Shown: positions 28,179-38,115 of the stretch, one piece after another | Numbering within the stretch: position 1 is the stretch's first letter | Layout of the letters: every line of letters starts with the position of its first letter | Assembly (NCBI GenBank): GCA_947629465.1 | Contig: CANRDZ010000002.1 | Coordinates: 1-42,566 of the forward strand | Direction of reading: 5' to 3' | From: an uncultured Bacilli bacterium | GTDB taxonomy: Bacteria > Bacillota_I > Bacilli_A > RF39 > UBA660 | DNA: 42,566 nucleotides | Program-made: the position numbers and the translations under genes | Notes under the pieces: generated by a model | The model's input: only the letters and a program-made list of their open reading frames with translations | The model's database searches: none | Told to the model about the DNA's origin: nothing

Positions 28179-29139
28179 TTAAAAATTCTCCTAATTCTTT
28201 AGGTTTTTTCATACCTTCAATTATTTCATAAAGAATTGTTATTAAAGGAATATTAATATTTTTTTGATCTAATATTTTTTTTAAAGAATATAAAGTATAA
28301 TAACCTTCAACAGTATTATTATTTAAATAATTAATCCACTCATTTTTATCATTACTACTTCCTATTAAAAAACCGAAAGTATAATTTCTACTTTTAGTAG
28401 TAGTACAAGTTAAGAGTAAATCACCCAATCCTGCAAAAGATAAAATAGTTTTCTTTTTTCCTCCTAAAGAAGAAATTATTTGTTTCATATCATGAATAGC
28501 TTCGTTAATTAAAAATGCTTGTGTTGATTCATGATAACCAAGACCTTTTAACATTCCTGCTGATATAGCAAAAACATTTTTAATACTGCCACATAGCTCA
28601 ATTCCAATAATATCATTTGTTTCTCTTAATTTTAAAGTATCCCCTGTCAAATTTTTTATTACTAATTCACGACTTTTTTTATCTCCCGCAATAGCTAAAG
28701 CAACTGGTTCATTATTAATTAAATCAATAGCAAATGTAGGCCCTGAAATAGCACAAATTTTTTTAGTATTTAATGTTTTCTTTACAACTTTATCAACCGT
28801 CTCTAAAGTATCATTATTAATTCCTTTTGAAGCTATACAAATCGGAATATCATAATAATATTCTTTCATCTTCAAACATATTTCTTTAACATATTTAACA
28901 GCAGTAATTAAAAAAATTAATTTAGCATTTTTTAAAGCTTCTTCTATATCATCAGTCATATAAATATTAGATGGAAATGTAACATTTTCAAAAATACTTT
29001 TTATTTGATGAGTTTGATTAAATTCATCTTTTCTTTTACTATTTTCAGTCCAAAGCATTATATTATTATTTTTATGTTTAGCAAGCATTAAAGCAATACC
29101 TAAACTATAAGCACCAGTACCAATTACAGCAACTTTCAT
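28165..29139 (-). CDS. gpsA: NAD(P)H-dependent glycerol-3-phosphate dehydrogenase
   Basis: MKVAVIGTGAYSLGIA, ASKGI, ISGPTFA, GIELCGSIKNVFAISAGM and LSFAGLGDLLLTCTTTKSRNYTFG motifs. Confidence 0.9.
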   Translation of the reverse strand: MKVAVIGTGAYSLGIALMLAKHKNNNIMLWTENSKRKDEFNQTHQIKSIFENVTFPSNIYMTDDIEEALKNAKLIFLITAVKYVKEICLKMKEYYYDIPICIASKGINNDTLETVDKVVKKTLNTKKICAISGPTFAIDLINNEPVALAIAGDKKSRELVIKNLTGDTLKLRETNDIIGIELCGSIKNVFAISAGMLKGLGYHESTQAFLINEAIHDMKQIISSLGGKKKTILSFAGLGDLLLTCTTTKSRNYTFGFLIGSSNDKNEWINYLNNNTVEGYYTLYSLKKILDQKNINIPLITILYEIIEGMKKPKELGEFLIKKP

Positions 29140-30341
29140 TTTTCACCTTTCATTTCTTTATGTATTTTATTTAAATTATTTTCAATATTATTATTTTTAG
29201 GTTTATAATATCTTACATCTTTTAAATTTTCTGGCAAATATTCTTGTTTAACCCAATCATTTTTATAATTATGAGGGTATAAATAAGCTGGATTACCATT
29301 TTTTATATGATTAGGTACATTACCTGTAGAACCTTTATGAATATCATTTAAAGCCTCATCTATAGCTATAATAGCACTATTACTTTTAGGAGATAAAGCC
29401 ATTTCAATAGCAATTTCAGCTAATGGAATTCTTGCCTCTGGTAATCCAACTCGTTCTGAAGCTTCAATCGCTGCATATAATCTTGGACCAATACCTGGAT
29501 TAGCAAGGCCAATATCTTCATAAGCTATAACAGATAATCTTCTATATATACTCTCTAAATCTTCGGCTTCAATTAATCTAGCTAAATAGTGAAGAGTAGC
29601 ATCTACATCACTACCACGAATAGATTTTTGTAAAGCACTTAAAACTTCATAATATCCATCTTCATTCTTATCATGAAAAAAAATAGGTTTAGAATTAATG
29701 CTTTTAATATTATCTAAAGTAATATTATGATCAAAAGAGTAGTAAGCCACTTCTAAAGTATTAATTGCATTTCTAACATCTCCACTTGCCATTCTAGCTA
29801 TATATTCAAGAGTATTATCATCAACTTTAATATTTTCTAAATAGTTACAACTTCTTTTTAAAACTTTTATAATATCTTCATTATTTAATTCATGTAATTC
29901 AAAAATTTGGCAACGACTTCTAATTGCAGGATTAATTTTATGGTAAGGATTACTAGTAGTAAGTCCAATTAAAATAATAGTACCATTTTCAATATAAGGT
30001 AATAAAATATCTTGTTTGTCTTTATTCATTCGATGTATTTCATCAATAATTAAAATAATATCTCCATAAAATTTACCTTCCTCAATTGCAGCTTCAAAAT
30101 CTTCTTTTTTACTAGAGGTAGCATTTAAAAATTTAGTTCGATATCCTAATTCTTTACTTAAAGCATTAGCAATTGAAGTTTTTCCTATTCCAGGCTTTCC
30201 ATAAAATATCATTGAAAATAAATGTTTGTTTTTTACCAAATTAGTTAAAACTTTACCTTCTCCAATTAAATGGGTTTGACCTACAACATCTTCCAATTTA
30301 GTTGGCCTTAAAATATCAGCTAAAATTTTCATAATCATCAC
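29136..30341 (-). CDS. rarA: Replication-associated recombination protein A (RarA/MgsA AAA+ ATPase)
   Basis: LRPTKLEDVVGQTHL, Walker A GKPGIGKTS, Walker B IDEIHR, and the C-terminal MgsA domain (LSALQKSIRGSDVDATLHYLARL). The start could instead be ATG 30332. Confidence 0.93.
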   Translation of the reverse strand: MMIMKILADILRPTKLEDVVGQTHLIGEGKVLTNLVKNKHLFSMIFYGKPGIGKTSIANALSKELGYRTKFLNATSSKKEDFEAAIEEGKFYGDIILIIDEIHRMNKDKQDILLPYIENGTIILIGLTTSNPYHKINPAIRSRCQIFELHELNNEDIIKVLKRSCNYLENIKVDDNTLEYIARMASGDVRNAINTLEVAYYSFDHNITLDNIKSINSKPIFFHDKNEDGYYEVLSALQKSIRGSDVDATLHYLARLIEAEDLESIYRRLSVIAYEDIGLANPGIGPRLYAAIEASERVGLPEARIPLAEIAIEMALSPKSNSAIIAIDEALNDIHKGSTGNVPNHIKNGNPAYLYPHNYKNDWVKQEYLPENLKDVRYYKPKNNNIENNLNKIHKEMKGEK

Positions 30342-30415
30342 TAATTAATTATATCAAATTATTTTATCTTATTAAAGATTTTATGCTATAATTATAATAT
30401 AAATGAGGCGATTAA

Positions 30416-31297
30416 ATGATTGAAACTGAAGATAAAAATATAAATCTTTTTCTTGATTATTTAAGATACGAACGGAAGCTTTCTAATAACACTTATGAAA
30501 GTTATCGTTATAATTTACTTAAAGTAAAAGAATATTTTAATGATAAAGATCTATTAAAATTAAATACTGATGATATAAGACTATTTTTATACAATACTAA
30601 AGAAGTTAGTAAAACAAAAGCTCATTATTTAACCGTATTAAAATCATTTTACGATTATTTATTAGATTTAAATATTATTACCATAAATCCAGCTAGTAAT
30701 ATAAAAATGCCCAAAATTGAAAAAACACTACCTAAATTTTTAACCGAAGAAGAAGTAGACAAACTTTTAGATATTAAACTTACAAAGCCAATAGATTATC
30801 GAAATAAAGCCATGTTAGAATTATTATATGCAACAGGAATGCGTATAAGTGAACTTCTTAATTTGACTTTAGCCAATTATAATGAACAAGATGCCACAGT
30901 TAAAGTAATGGGGAAGGGTAGTAAAGAAAGAGTCATTCCTATAAGTGATATAACCATTAAATATTTAAATTTATATATAAATGAATATCGTAATTTTATT
31001 TTAAAATCTAAAATATCAGATTATTTATTTATTAATTATAGTGGTTCTAAAATGAGCCGCCAAGGTTTTTTTAAAATCTTAAAAAATTTATGTGATGCAT
31101 GTGGTATTGAAAAAGAAATATCACCCCATACTTTAAGGCATTCTTTTGCAACTCATCTTTTAAATAATGGAGCAGATTTAAGAATTATTCAAGAACTTTT
31201 AGGTCATGAAAATATATCAACAACCGAAATATATTCCCATTTATCAAATGAGAAGTTAAAAGAAGATTATAAAAAACATCCTCATTATAATGAATAA
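30416..31297 (+). CDS. xerD: Tyrosine site-specific recombinase, XerD-type
   Basis: The N-terminal core-binding pattern YERKLSNNTYESYRYNL resembles XerD (ER.LS.NT..SYR.DL). The catalytic residues are ATGMRISEL, HTLRHSFATHLL and LGHENISTTEIYSH. XerC versus XerD cannot be settled from sequence alone. Confidence 0.8.
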   Translation: MIETEDKNINLFLDYLRYERKLSNNTYESYRYNLLKVKEYFNDKDLLKLNTDDIRLFLYNTKEVSKTKAHYLTVLKSFYDYLLDLNIITINPASNIKMPKIEKTLPKFLTEEEVDKLLDIKLTKPIDYRNKAMLELLYATGMRISELLNLTLANYNEQDATVKVMGKGSKERVIPISDITIKYLNLYINEYRNFILKSKISDYLFINYSGSKMSRQGFFKILKNLCDACGIEKEISPHTLRHSFATHLLNNGADLRIIQELLGHENISTTEIYSHLSNEKLKEDYKKHPHYNE

Positions 31298-31314
31298 AAT
31301 TTATCTAAAAAAGA

Positions 31315-31345
31315 AAAAGTAGATTATTTTTCCATCTACTTTTTT
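31315..31345. terminator. Bidirectional rho-independent terminator between xerD and the small minus-strand ORF
   Basis: AAAAGTAGAT (31315-31324) pairs with ATCTACTTTT (31334-31343). An A-run lies on the left and a T-run on the right. Confidence 0.75.
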
Positions 31346-31376
31346 CTTACAAGTTAACTTATAAATATTTTAAATA

Positions 31377-31517
31377 TTATCTACTTTCGTTGTTATTACG
31401 AGATTGATTATTACTTCTAGATTTATTATTGGCATTATTTCTAGAGTTGTTAGCTTGTTCTCTGTTGTTATTGCGTTTATTATTTGCTCTTGAATTAGCT
31501 TGTTCGTTTCTACTCAT
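31377..31517 (-). CDS. Unannotated 46-aa N/R/S-rich basic low-complexity small protein
   Basis: My hand translation of the minus strand gives MSRNEQANSRANNKRNNNREQANNSRNNANNKSRSNNQSRNNNESR*. A perfect AGGAGG (complement of 31528-31533) lies 10 nt before the ATG at 31517. The terminator at 31315-31345 is just downstream. It is below the 60-aa cutoff of the ORF track. Confidence 0.6.
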   Translation of the reverse strand: MSRNEQANSRANNKRNNNREQANNSRNNANNKSRSNNQSRNNNESR

Positions 31518-31606
31518 AATTATCTTACCTCCTAAACTTATTATGGTCAATATCCAGTATTTAATACAAATAATTTAATAATAAATTTGGCAATATTTGG
31601 CGGTTT

Positions 31607-32353
31607 TTAAAATAAAAAATGATTAATAATAATTAATAGCCCACCTAATATAAGACCTATATATATATAACGATTATTATTATAACTTATTGCTTTTGGT
31701 AACATTTCTTCAATAGCTAAAGTTATCATAATTCCAGCAACTAATAACAATATAATACTAATCATTTCATCTGTAATGTATTTACCTAAAAACAAATAAG
31801 CAACAATGGCTCCGATAGGTTCAGCTACTCCCGATAAAAATGTACTTAATAACGCCTTCTTTTTTGATTTAGTAGAGTAGTATATAGGAACAGCAATTGA
31901 AATCCCTTCTGGAATATTATGGAACATAATTGCTAATGATAATTTTAAACCTAATTTAATATTAGTAACGCTACCCATAAATGTTGCAATCCCTTCCGGA
32001 AAATTATGAATTATTAAAGCTAACATACTTAAAATACCTAAATTATATAATGAATTATTTTCATTTTTAATTAATTTATTAATAATAAAGATAATTATTA
32101 CACCTATCGAAAAAGCAATTAATATTATTAACAAAGCACTAATAAGTCTAAAATGATATAAAATATTAAAAACAGAAGTTGGAATTAAATCAGTAATACT
32201 TATTCCAATCATAATAGCTATTGAAAAAGATAAACAAAAGGTAATAAACTTATTAATGTTTACCTTTTTTATTTTAAAAAAAATAATAATACCACCTAAT
32301 AAGGTTGACATACCAGCCATGGTAGACATTAAAAAAGCATTCAAGACACTCAT
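31607..32353 (-). CDS. zupT: ZIP-family zinc transporter ZupT
   Basis: Eight-TM protein with paired metal-binding motifs HNFPEGIATF and HNIPEGISIAVP. Confidence 0.9.
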   Translation of the reverse strand: MSVLNAFLMSTMAGMSTLLGGIIIFFKIKKVNINKFITFCLSFSIAIMIGISITDLIPTSVFNILYHFRLISALLIILIAFSIGVIIIFIINKLIKNENNSLYNLGILSMLALIIHNFPEGIATFMGSVTNIKLGLKLSLAIMFHNIPEGISIAVPIYYSTKSKKKALLSTFLSGVAEPIGAIVAYLFLGKYITDEMISIILLLVAGIMITLAIEEMLPKAISYNNNRYIYIGLILGGLLIIINHFLF

Positions 32354-32448
32354 TATAGATCACCTTTATTAAAATACTATGAATATTTAATTAAACTAAT
32401 TCATTAAAAGAGAGTATAACTTATTCCTCAATAAATTTCTTAAACCTT

Positions 32449-32476
32449 GGTTAACATAATATACATTATGCAAAGT
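32449..32476 (-). other. dif: dif chromosome-dimer resolution site (XerC/XerD target)
   Basis: The minus strand reads ACTTTGCATAA-TGTATA-TTATGTTAACC. This matches E. coli dif at 22/28 (central hexamer identical, XerD arm 9/11) and B. subtilis dif at 21/28 (shared ACTT 5' end). It is intergenic and 1.15 kb from xerD. Confidence 0.8.
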
Positions 32477-32607
32477 AAATAATAAATAAAAATAATATAT
32501 AAATTAATAACAATTTAACATACACTATATTAAAATACTAAATTTATTTTTTTATTTTATATTAATAACTTAATAAATTAAATAAATTCATTTAAATTTT
32601 AAATAAT

Positions 32608-32692
32608 CGCGTGATAATAATATCCTTATTATAATATATTATAAGGATATAATGCGCGTATATATCATATTTAATATAAATAATAAGGATAT
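32608..32692. repeat. Imperfect 50-bp palindrome with CGCG clamps, plus a third copy of the 10-mer ATAAGGATAT
   Basis: ATATCCTTAT (32620-32629) is the inverted copy of ATAAGGATAT (32641-32650), flanked by CGCG (32608-32611) and GCGCG (32654-32658). A direct copy of ATAAGGATAT lies at 32683-32692, 42 bp from the second. Confidence 0.7.
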
Positions 32693-32730
32693 ATATAAAA
32701 GAGTAGTTTTAAATATCAATTTTTATAAAT

Positions 32731-32756
32731 TTAAAAAGAGTAGTCACTCTACTCTT
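32731..32756 (-). terminator. Rho-independent terminator of the HTH/membrane-protein operon
   Basis: AGAGTAG (32737-32743) pairs with CTACTCT (32749-32755), overlapping the stop codon. On the minus strand the stem is followed by TTTTT (complement of 32732-32736). Confidence 0.6.
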
Positions 32757-33624
32757 TAGTATTTGGATCAGCTACAGGTTCAGTACTTACCCAATAATAA
32801 GTACCATCTGAAGCTTTTTTAAATGTATGTTTATATTTTATACCATATTTTTCTAAAAATTCATATTTTAAATCTTCGTTTTTTAAATTTTTATTACAAA
32901 TATCATTAATATCTAAATTTCGATAATCTTTGTAACAAGTTAGTTGATCTCCAGATCCTGTTACCTTTGCAAAATAATCATAAATTGTAATAGTATCTTT
33001 CTTTTTAATAGCCTTTTCTACTGATCTATAAACATTTACTTCAACTCCTACAGTCATTGAATAAAGTTCAGATAAACCACAATAATAAGAGTCATCTTTT
33101 AAATAACATACATGATAACCATCATATTTAAATGATTCATTATCTTCAATATCTTTTCCAAAAAGCTTCTTATAAGTTTTGTCTACAACTTCTCTATCTA
33201 ATTTAGAAACAGTACAAGTATTAACTCCTTCATCTGTTTTAAAAATCATCCCATCTACATTACAAGTTGAATCTTTCTTTTTAGCATCATATGTCAAAGC
33301 TTTAGCACTTTTTATATCAGATTTATGATATGCAATACATATTTTTGAAGCAGAATCTACATCGTTATATGTTATTTTTTTCTCACCATAATTAAATAAT
33401 CCATTACATAGCCCTAAATCCGATGTACTAAAATAATCATTAAGCTCAACAACTAATTCATTATCATTAGGTAGAACACCTATATTTTTAATTTTTATTA
33501 CTATTAAAGCTACAACTACAATAAATAAAACCACATATAAAGCGATTAATAAAATATCAGGCTTCTTTTTATTATTATCTATTTTTCCCTTTTTTTCTTC
33601 TTTAACCTTTTTTTCTTTTTCCAT
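32749..33624 (-). CDS. Hypothetical single-pass membrane protein with a Lys-rich cytoplasmic head and a Cys-rich extracytoplasmic domain
   Basis: MEKEKKVKEEKKGKIDNNKKK, then the TM ILLIALYVVLFIVVVALIVI, then about 230 aa containing roughly 9 Cys. I recognise no family. Confidence 0.7.
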   Translation of the reverse strand: MEKEKKVKEEKKGKIDNNKKKPDILLIALYVVLFIVVVALIVIKIKNIGVLPNDNELVVELNDYFSTSDLGLCNGLFNYGEKKITYNDVDSASKICIAYHKSDIKSAKALTYDAKKKDSTCNVDGMIFKTDEGVNTCTVSKLDREVVDKTYKKLFGKDIEDNESFKYDGYHVCYLKDDSYYCGLSELYSMTVGVEVNVYRSVEKAIKKKDTITIYDYFAKVTGSGDQLTCYKDYRNLDINDICNKNLKNEDLKYEFLEKYGIKYKHTFKKASDGTYYWVSTEPVADPNTKE

Positions 33625-33646
33625 TTTAATTACTCCTTTTATCCTC

Positions 33647-34417
33647 TTAAACTTTTCTTGATTGAATTTCAGCTATTTTTTCAAATACTTCTGCCGCATT
33701 ACCTTCATTAATTTCATTATATCCTAATTCTTTTAATGCTTGTATTTTTGTTGTGTTTAACTGTTGAGTTCTACTTAATTTTTCTTCTTTTTTAGCCTCA
33801 ATTTCTTGAACAAATTTTTTCCTATTCTCTGCTACTTTACTCTTACTTGCCCCTCCATTATTATATAAGTTTAAAGCAGCATATAAAATACTTTCAAATA
33901 TATATTGTTTATCTTCATTAAAAGCAAATTCTTCTGAATTAATAAACCCATTTGTTTTAGCCATATAAGCTAAAATATATTTTATTTCAGGTACATTATC
34001 CATAGATTGTAATAAATTATATAAGTATTTTATTGCAAATAAATCATTATCTTTATTTTCTTCTAATTTTTCCTTTAAAAGAAATGCAATATCATTAAGT
34101 AATATTCTACTCTCTTTATCAAGACCTTTTAAATCCAGAAAATTATCTAAATCATTACCATTCTTTACACCAATGTTAAGTCTTTTTTCAACATTCATTA
34201 AATATTCAGTATCAACTTTTATAGCATCTAATTCTTCATTAGAACCATCTTTTAAATCCAAAAGTTGTAATAGAAGAATTTTTTTCTCTTTGGGCCATTT
34301 ATCTAAACTATCTAAAACTAAATAATTATATACCATTTGTCTTGATACCCCTAAATATTTTGAAAGTCTCACTTTCGAAACCCCTAATTCCTGTAATAAA
34401 TTATTTAACTTATCCAT
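33647..34417 (-). CDS. Helix-turn-helix DNA-binding protein with a long helical C-terminal domain
   Basis: N-terminal HTH (GVSKVRLSKYLGVSRQMVYNYL). The rest is predicted helical with no recognised domain. It has its own consensus promoter. Confidence 0.7.
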   Translation of the reverse strand: MDKLNNLLQELGVSKVRLSKYLGVSRQMVYNYLVLDSLDKWPKEKKILLLQLLDLKDGSNEELDAIKVDTEYLMNVEKRLNIGVKNGNDLDNFLDLKGLDKESRILLNDIAFLLKEKLEENKDNDLFAIKYLYNLLQSMDNVPEIKYILAYMAKTNGFINSEEFAFNEDKQYIFESILYAALNLYNNGGASKSKVAENRKKFVQEIEAKKEEKLSRTQQLNTTKIQALKELGYNEINEGNAAEVFEKIAEIQSRKV

Positions 34418-34450
34418 AATGTGCTCTCTACTTTCTATATTTACAATATA

Positions 34451-34480
34451 ATTATATATAACTTAACATTTAATTGTCAA
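34451..34480 (-). promoter_or_regulatory. Near-consensus sigma-A promoter for the HTH operon
   Basis: The minus strand reads TTGACA (34480-34475), an 18-nt spacer, then TATAAT (34456-34451). Confidence 0.7.
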
Positions 34481-34481
34481 C

Positions 34482-34510
34482 TAAAAACTGATTTTTATTT
34501 CAAATCAGTT
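34482..34510 (-). terminator. Rho-independent terminator after the DUF421 gene
   Basis: AACTGATTT (34486-34494) pairs with AAATCAGTT (34502-34510). The stop codon is in the loop and a T-run follows on the minus strand. Confidence 0.6.
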
Positions 34511-35142
34511 CTTTTTATGATATACAGTTTTTTCTTCTTATAAAAGCAATAAAAAATATCTTCAACTTTTAATCCTTTTTTATTTAAAACATAATTTAAC
34601 CAATTTTCTGTCTTTTTAATATATTTTAAAGCTTTCTTTTGAATACTTCCATCCAATATTAAAGGCATAGGATAAGCTGAAGGCATTCTCAAAAAATTAT
34701 ATTTAAAAATCGATAATTTTCCATTTGGTTCTAAAAAAGCATATTCTACATCTTCTAAAGATTTAATTTCTTTTTGTCTTAAACTTAACAATAAATTATC
34801 CATACTATATCTTTGCTTTACCATTTCATTATAATTTATTTTTCCATTGACAATAATTAATGAAGGTTTACCGTCAAAAAAAGTTCTCACATGTCTTGAC
34901 TTAATTGAAATAAAAGCTAAAGTTATTTCTAAAATAACTAATAAGACAATTGGCATAATCGTAAGTAACATACTATCTTCAATATTTTCAATAGATATTG
35001 CAATTAATTCTGCTATTAAAATAGAAACCATTAAGTCAATAACCCCTAATTGGCCAATTTCTCTTTTCCCCATTATTCGATAGCAGAGCAAAACAAAAAA
35101 GTAAAAAAAGGCTGTTCTAAATAAAACTTGTACCATTTCCAT
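34495..35142 (-). CDS. DUF421 (YetF/YrbG-family) membrane protein
   Basis: The N-terminal pattern FRTAFFYFFVLLCYRIMGKREIGQLGVIDLMVSILIAELIA is typical of YetF-family proteins, and a C-terminal soluble domain follows. Confidence 0.8.
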   Translation of the reverse strand: MEMVQVLFRTAFFYFFVLLCYRIMGKREIGQLGVIDLMVSILIAELIAISIENIEDSMLLTIMPIVLLVILEITLAFISIKSRHVRTFFDGKPSLIIVNGKINYNEMVKQRYSMDNLLLSLRQKEIKSLEDVEYAFLEPNGKLSIFKYNFLRMPSAYPMPLILDGSIQKKALKYIKKTENWLNYVLNKKGLKVEDIFYCFYKKKKLYIIKRTDLK

Positions 35143-35219
35143 TATTAAATTTCACCTATATATATTATGGTTTTATTCATATATTTTTAAACATTGACTA
35201 TAATTTATTAGGTGATTAT

Positions 35220-35582
35220 ATGAATAAATTATTTAATTATTTAAAATTTATTAGTGTTTTTTTGATAATTGAATTAATGCTAACATTTATTACAAGTCTT
35301 TTAAATATTATTGGCTTAAATAGTGGCATTACTTCTATTATTTTATTAATTGCCAATATAATAATTTTTTTTGTTTTAAACTTTATAAATGCCAGAAAGT
35401 TAAAAAAGAAAGGCTTAATTGAAGGTTTACTTTTAAGTATAATATTTATCTTATTTATGCTTATAATTAAAATTATTTTATTTAATAATAAATTATATAT
35501 TTCTACTTTAATTTATTATATAATTCTTCTTTTCACAGGTATTTTAGGAAGTTTAATAGGAGTAAATAAAAAGAGTGAATAA
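35220..35582 (+). CDS. Small polytopic membrane protein (TIGR04086/YrzE-like?)
   Basis: 120 aa with four hydrophobic segments and a central basic loop (ARKLKKKG). The family assignment is tentative. Confidence 0.55.
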   Translation: MNKLFNYLKFISVFLIIELMLTFITSLLNIIGLNSGITSIILLIANIIIFFVLNFINARKLKKKGLIEGLLLSIIFILFMLIIKIILFNNKLYISTLIYYIILLFTGILGSLIGVNKKSE

Positions 35583-35583
35583 T

Positions 35584-35589
<6 letters not shown>
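35563..35589 (-). terminator. Putative terminator of the queA-tgt operon
   Basis: GAGTGAA-TAA-TTCACTC hairpin (35573-35589), followed on the minus strand by TTTTTATTT. It overlaps the stop of the convergent plus-strand gene. Confidence 0.45.
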
Positions 35590-37021
<1,432 letters not shown>

Positions 37022-37029
37022 CTATATAT

Positions 37030-38052
37030 TTATTTAATAAACATTGCATCGCCAAAAGAGAAAAAACGATAATTATTTTGTTTAGCTATTTCATATGCAT
37101 TTAAAATATATTCTCTTTTAGATAACGCACTAACTAACATTAATAACGTACTTTTAGGAAGATGAAAATTAGTTATTAAACCATCAATTGCTTTAAATTC
37201 ATAACCAGGATAAATAAATATATCAGTATTACCTGAACACTCTTTAAAAGTTCCATAAGTACTTGCTACTGTTTCTAAAACTCTTGTACTTGTTGTCCCA
37301 ACTGCATAAATTTTACGTTTATTTTTTTTAGCATTATTTAATATATCTGCTACTTCTTTTTTCATTTCATAATATTCACTATGCATATGATGATCTTTTA
37401 TATTAGAAACTTCAACAGGCCTAAATGTCCCAAGTCCTACATGTAAAGTTACATAACATATTATTATTCCTTTATCGGCAATTTCTTTTAAAAGTTGTTC
37501 AGTAAAATGAAGCCCTGCTGTTGGAGCTGCAGCACTTCCTAAATATTTAGCATAAACCGTTTGATATCTGTTTTGTTCTTTTAATGTTTCATGAATATAA
37601 GGAGGTAGAGGCATTAAACCAATTTCTTCAATTATTTCTAAAAATATACCTTTATATTGAAATTCAACTCTTATAATTCCATCATCTAATTTTTCTTTAA
37701 CAAAGCATTTTAATTTATCACTAAAAATTATTTCTGACCCAATATGTAATCTTTTACCTGGTCTTGCTAAACATTCCCAAATATCATTTTCTATATTTTT
37801 TAAAAGTAAAATTTCTATTTTTGCAGAAGTATCACTTTTTTTACCTAATAATCTAGCTGGTAACACTTTAGTATCATTTAATACTAAAACATCTCCTTCT
37901 TTTAAATAATTAATAATATTATAAAATTTAGTATGTTCAATTTTCCCATTATTTTTATTTAAAATCATTAATTTAGATTCACTACGATTAGTAATTGGCT
38001 TTTGAGCTATATAAGACTCATCTAAATCATAATTATAATCTTCAATATTCAT
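37030..38052 (-). CDS. queA: S-adenosylmethionine:tRNA ribosyltransferase-isomerase
   Basis: [33 protein letters not shown] and VGTTSTR motifs. Confidence 0.96.
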   Translation of the reverse strand: MNIEDYNYDLDESYIAQKPITNRSESKLMILNKNNGKIEHTKFYNIINYLKEGDVLVLNDTKVLPARLLGKKSDTSAKIEILLLKNIENDIWECLARPGKRLHIGSEIIFSDKLKCFVKEKLDDGIIRVEFQYKGIFLEIIEEIGLMPLPPYIHETLKEQNRYQTVYAKYLGSAAAPTAGLHFTEQLLKEIADKGIIICYVTLHVGLGTFRPVEVSNIKDHHMHSEYYEMKKEVADILNNAKKNKRKIYAVGTTSTRVLETVASTYGTFKECSGNTDIFIYPGYEFKAIDGLITNFHLPKSTLLMLVSALSKREYILNAYEIAKQNNYRFFSFGDAMFIK

Positions 38053-38115
38053 TTATATCACCACTTCTTTTTAATATTCAAATGTATTATATAGAAAAAA
38101 GGACTAAAAGTCCAT

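Noticed and set aside
30416-31297. Tyrosine recombinase as a marker of a prophage or integrative element
   Set aside because: The N-terminal ER.LS.NT..SYR pattern, the size (293 aa) and a nearby dif site indicate the chromosomal XerD-type resolvase. No att repeats or phage genes flank it.
32436-32460. Possible AdcR/Zur-type zinc operator (TTAAACCTTGGTTAAC) upstream of zupT
   Set aside because: The spacing and half-sites do not fit TTAACYRGTTAA or the Bacillus Zur box. The right half is simply the XerD arm of the dif site.
34847-35083. 78-aa plus-strand ORF inside the DUF421 gene
   Set aside because: Antisense shadow ORF. The DUF421 N-terminal motif is clear on the minus strand.
32354-35220. 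IMEX-type element integrated at dif (the orphan HTH and membrane genes next to dif)
   Set aside because: I could not find a second dif-like half-site or direct repeat bounding the segment, and there are no phage or replication genes. The best secondary match (around 34585-34605) is poor and lies inside the DUF421 coding sequence.
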